This document shows, piece by piece, positions 63,671 to 64,000 of a stretch of 64,000 nt of DNA. The DNA is taken from positions 115,630,001 to 115,694,000 of the forward strand of contig NC_043003.1 of NCBI RefSeq assembly GCF_006345805.1, given 5' to 3'. Under the pieces are notes generated by a model. The model did not search any database and was not told the origin of the DNA. It saw only the letters and a program-made list of their open reading frames with translations. The DNA comes from Octopus sinensis (Eukaryota). Made by a program: the position numbers and the translations under genes. Position 1 is the first letter of the stretch; every line of letters begins with the position of its first letter.

Positions 63671-64000
63671 TGGTGGAGGCGCAATGGCCCAGTGGTTAGG
63701 GCAGCGGACTCGCGGTGTAAGGATCGCGGTTTCGATTCCCAGACCGGGCGTTGTGAGTGTTTATTGAGCGAAGACACCTAAAAGCTCCACGAGGCTCCGG
63801 CAAGGGATGGTGGTGATCCCTGCTGTACTCTTTCACCACAAATTTCTCTCACTCTTACTTCCTGTTTCTGTTGTACCTGTATTTCAAAGGGCCGGCCTTG
63901 TCACCCTCTGTGTCGCGCTGAATATCCCCGAGAACTACGTTAAGGGTGCACGTGTCTGTGGAGTGCTCAGCCACTTACACGTTAATTTCACGAGCAGGCT
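63671..64000 (+). mobile_element. SINE family B, runs off the window end
   Basis: Close match to the reverse complement of 30702-31088. Confidence 0.92.

Noticed and set aside
9966-64000. tRNA-like A/B boxes as tRNA genes
   Set aside because: All are SINE heads that continue into SINE bodies and do not form complete cloverleaves.

Overview
Eukaryotic, AT-rich, repeat-saturated DNA. The SINE, Helitron and MITE families and the microsatellite load resemble octopus (coleoid cephalopod) genomic DNA; the taxon is inferred from recognising repeat families, not from a database search. I find no complete host gene, rRNA, true tRNA or CRISPR array, and almost all ORF-track entries are microsatellite or repeat artefacts. 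The real coding content is all transposon-derived: a near full-length CR1-group LINE (~49.8-54.0 kb) with three apparent lesions, a decayed 1.26-kb mellifera-type mariner, and remnants of Penelope (GIY-YIG), Tx1/L1, RTE and R4/Dong elements. Non-coding repeats include three tRNA-derived SINE families, six non-autonomous Helitrons, Merlin-like and hAT MITEs, and a ~560-bp (ATT)n-flanked repeat. Main points of interest: (1) the LINE ORF1 ends exactly on a G_GGA_AAC slippery heptamer that leads into an overlapping, AUG-less, -1-frame ORF2, a candidate programmed -1 frameshift; (2) that ORF1 has a PHD-polyQ-coiled coil-RRM layout; (3) a spacer-less ~1.18-kb palindrome centred on a (TA)n tract; (4) several minimal hammerhead-ribozyme motifs with palindromic stem III; (5) a Merlin-like MITE carrying TTAGGG repeats; (6) a Helitron flanked by a 64-bp direct duplication.
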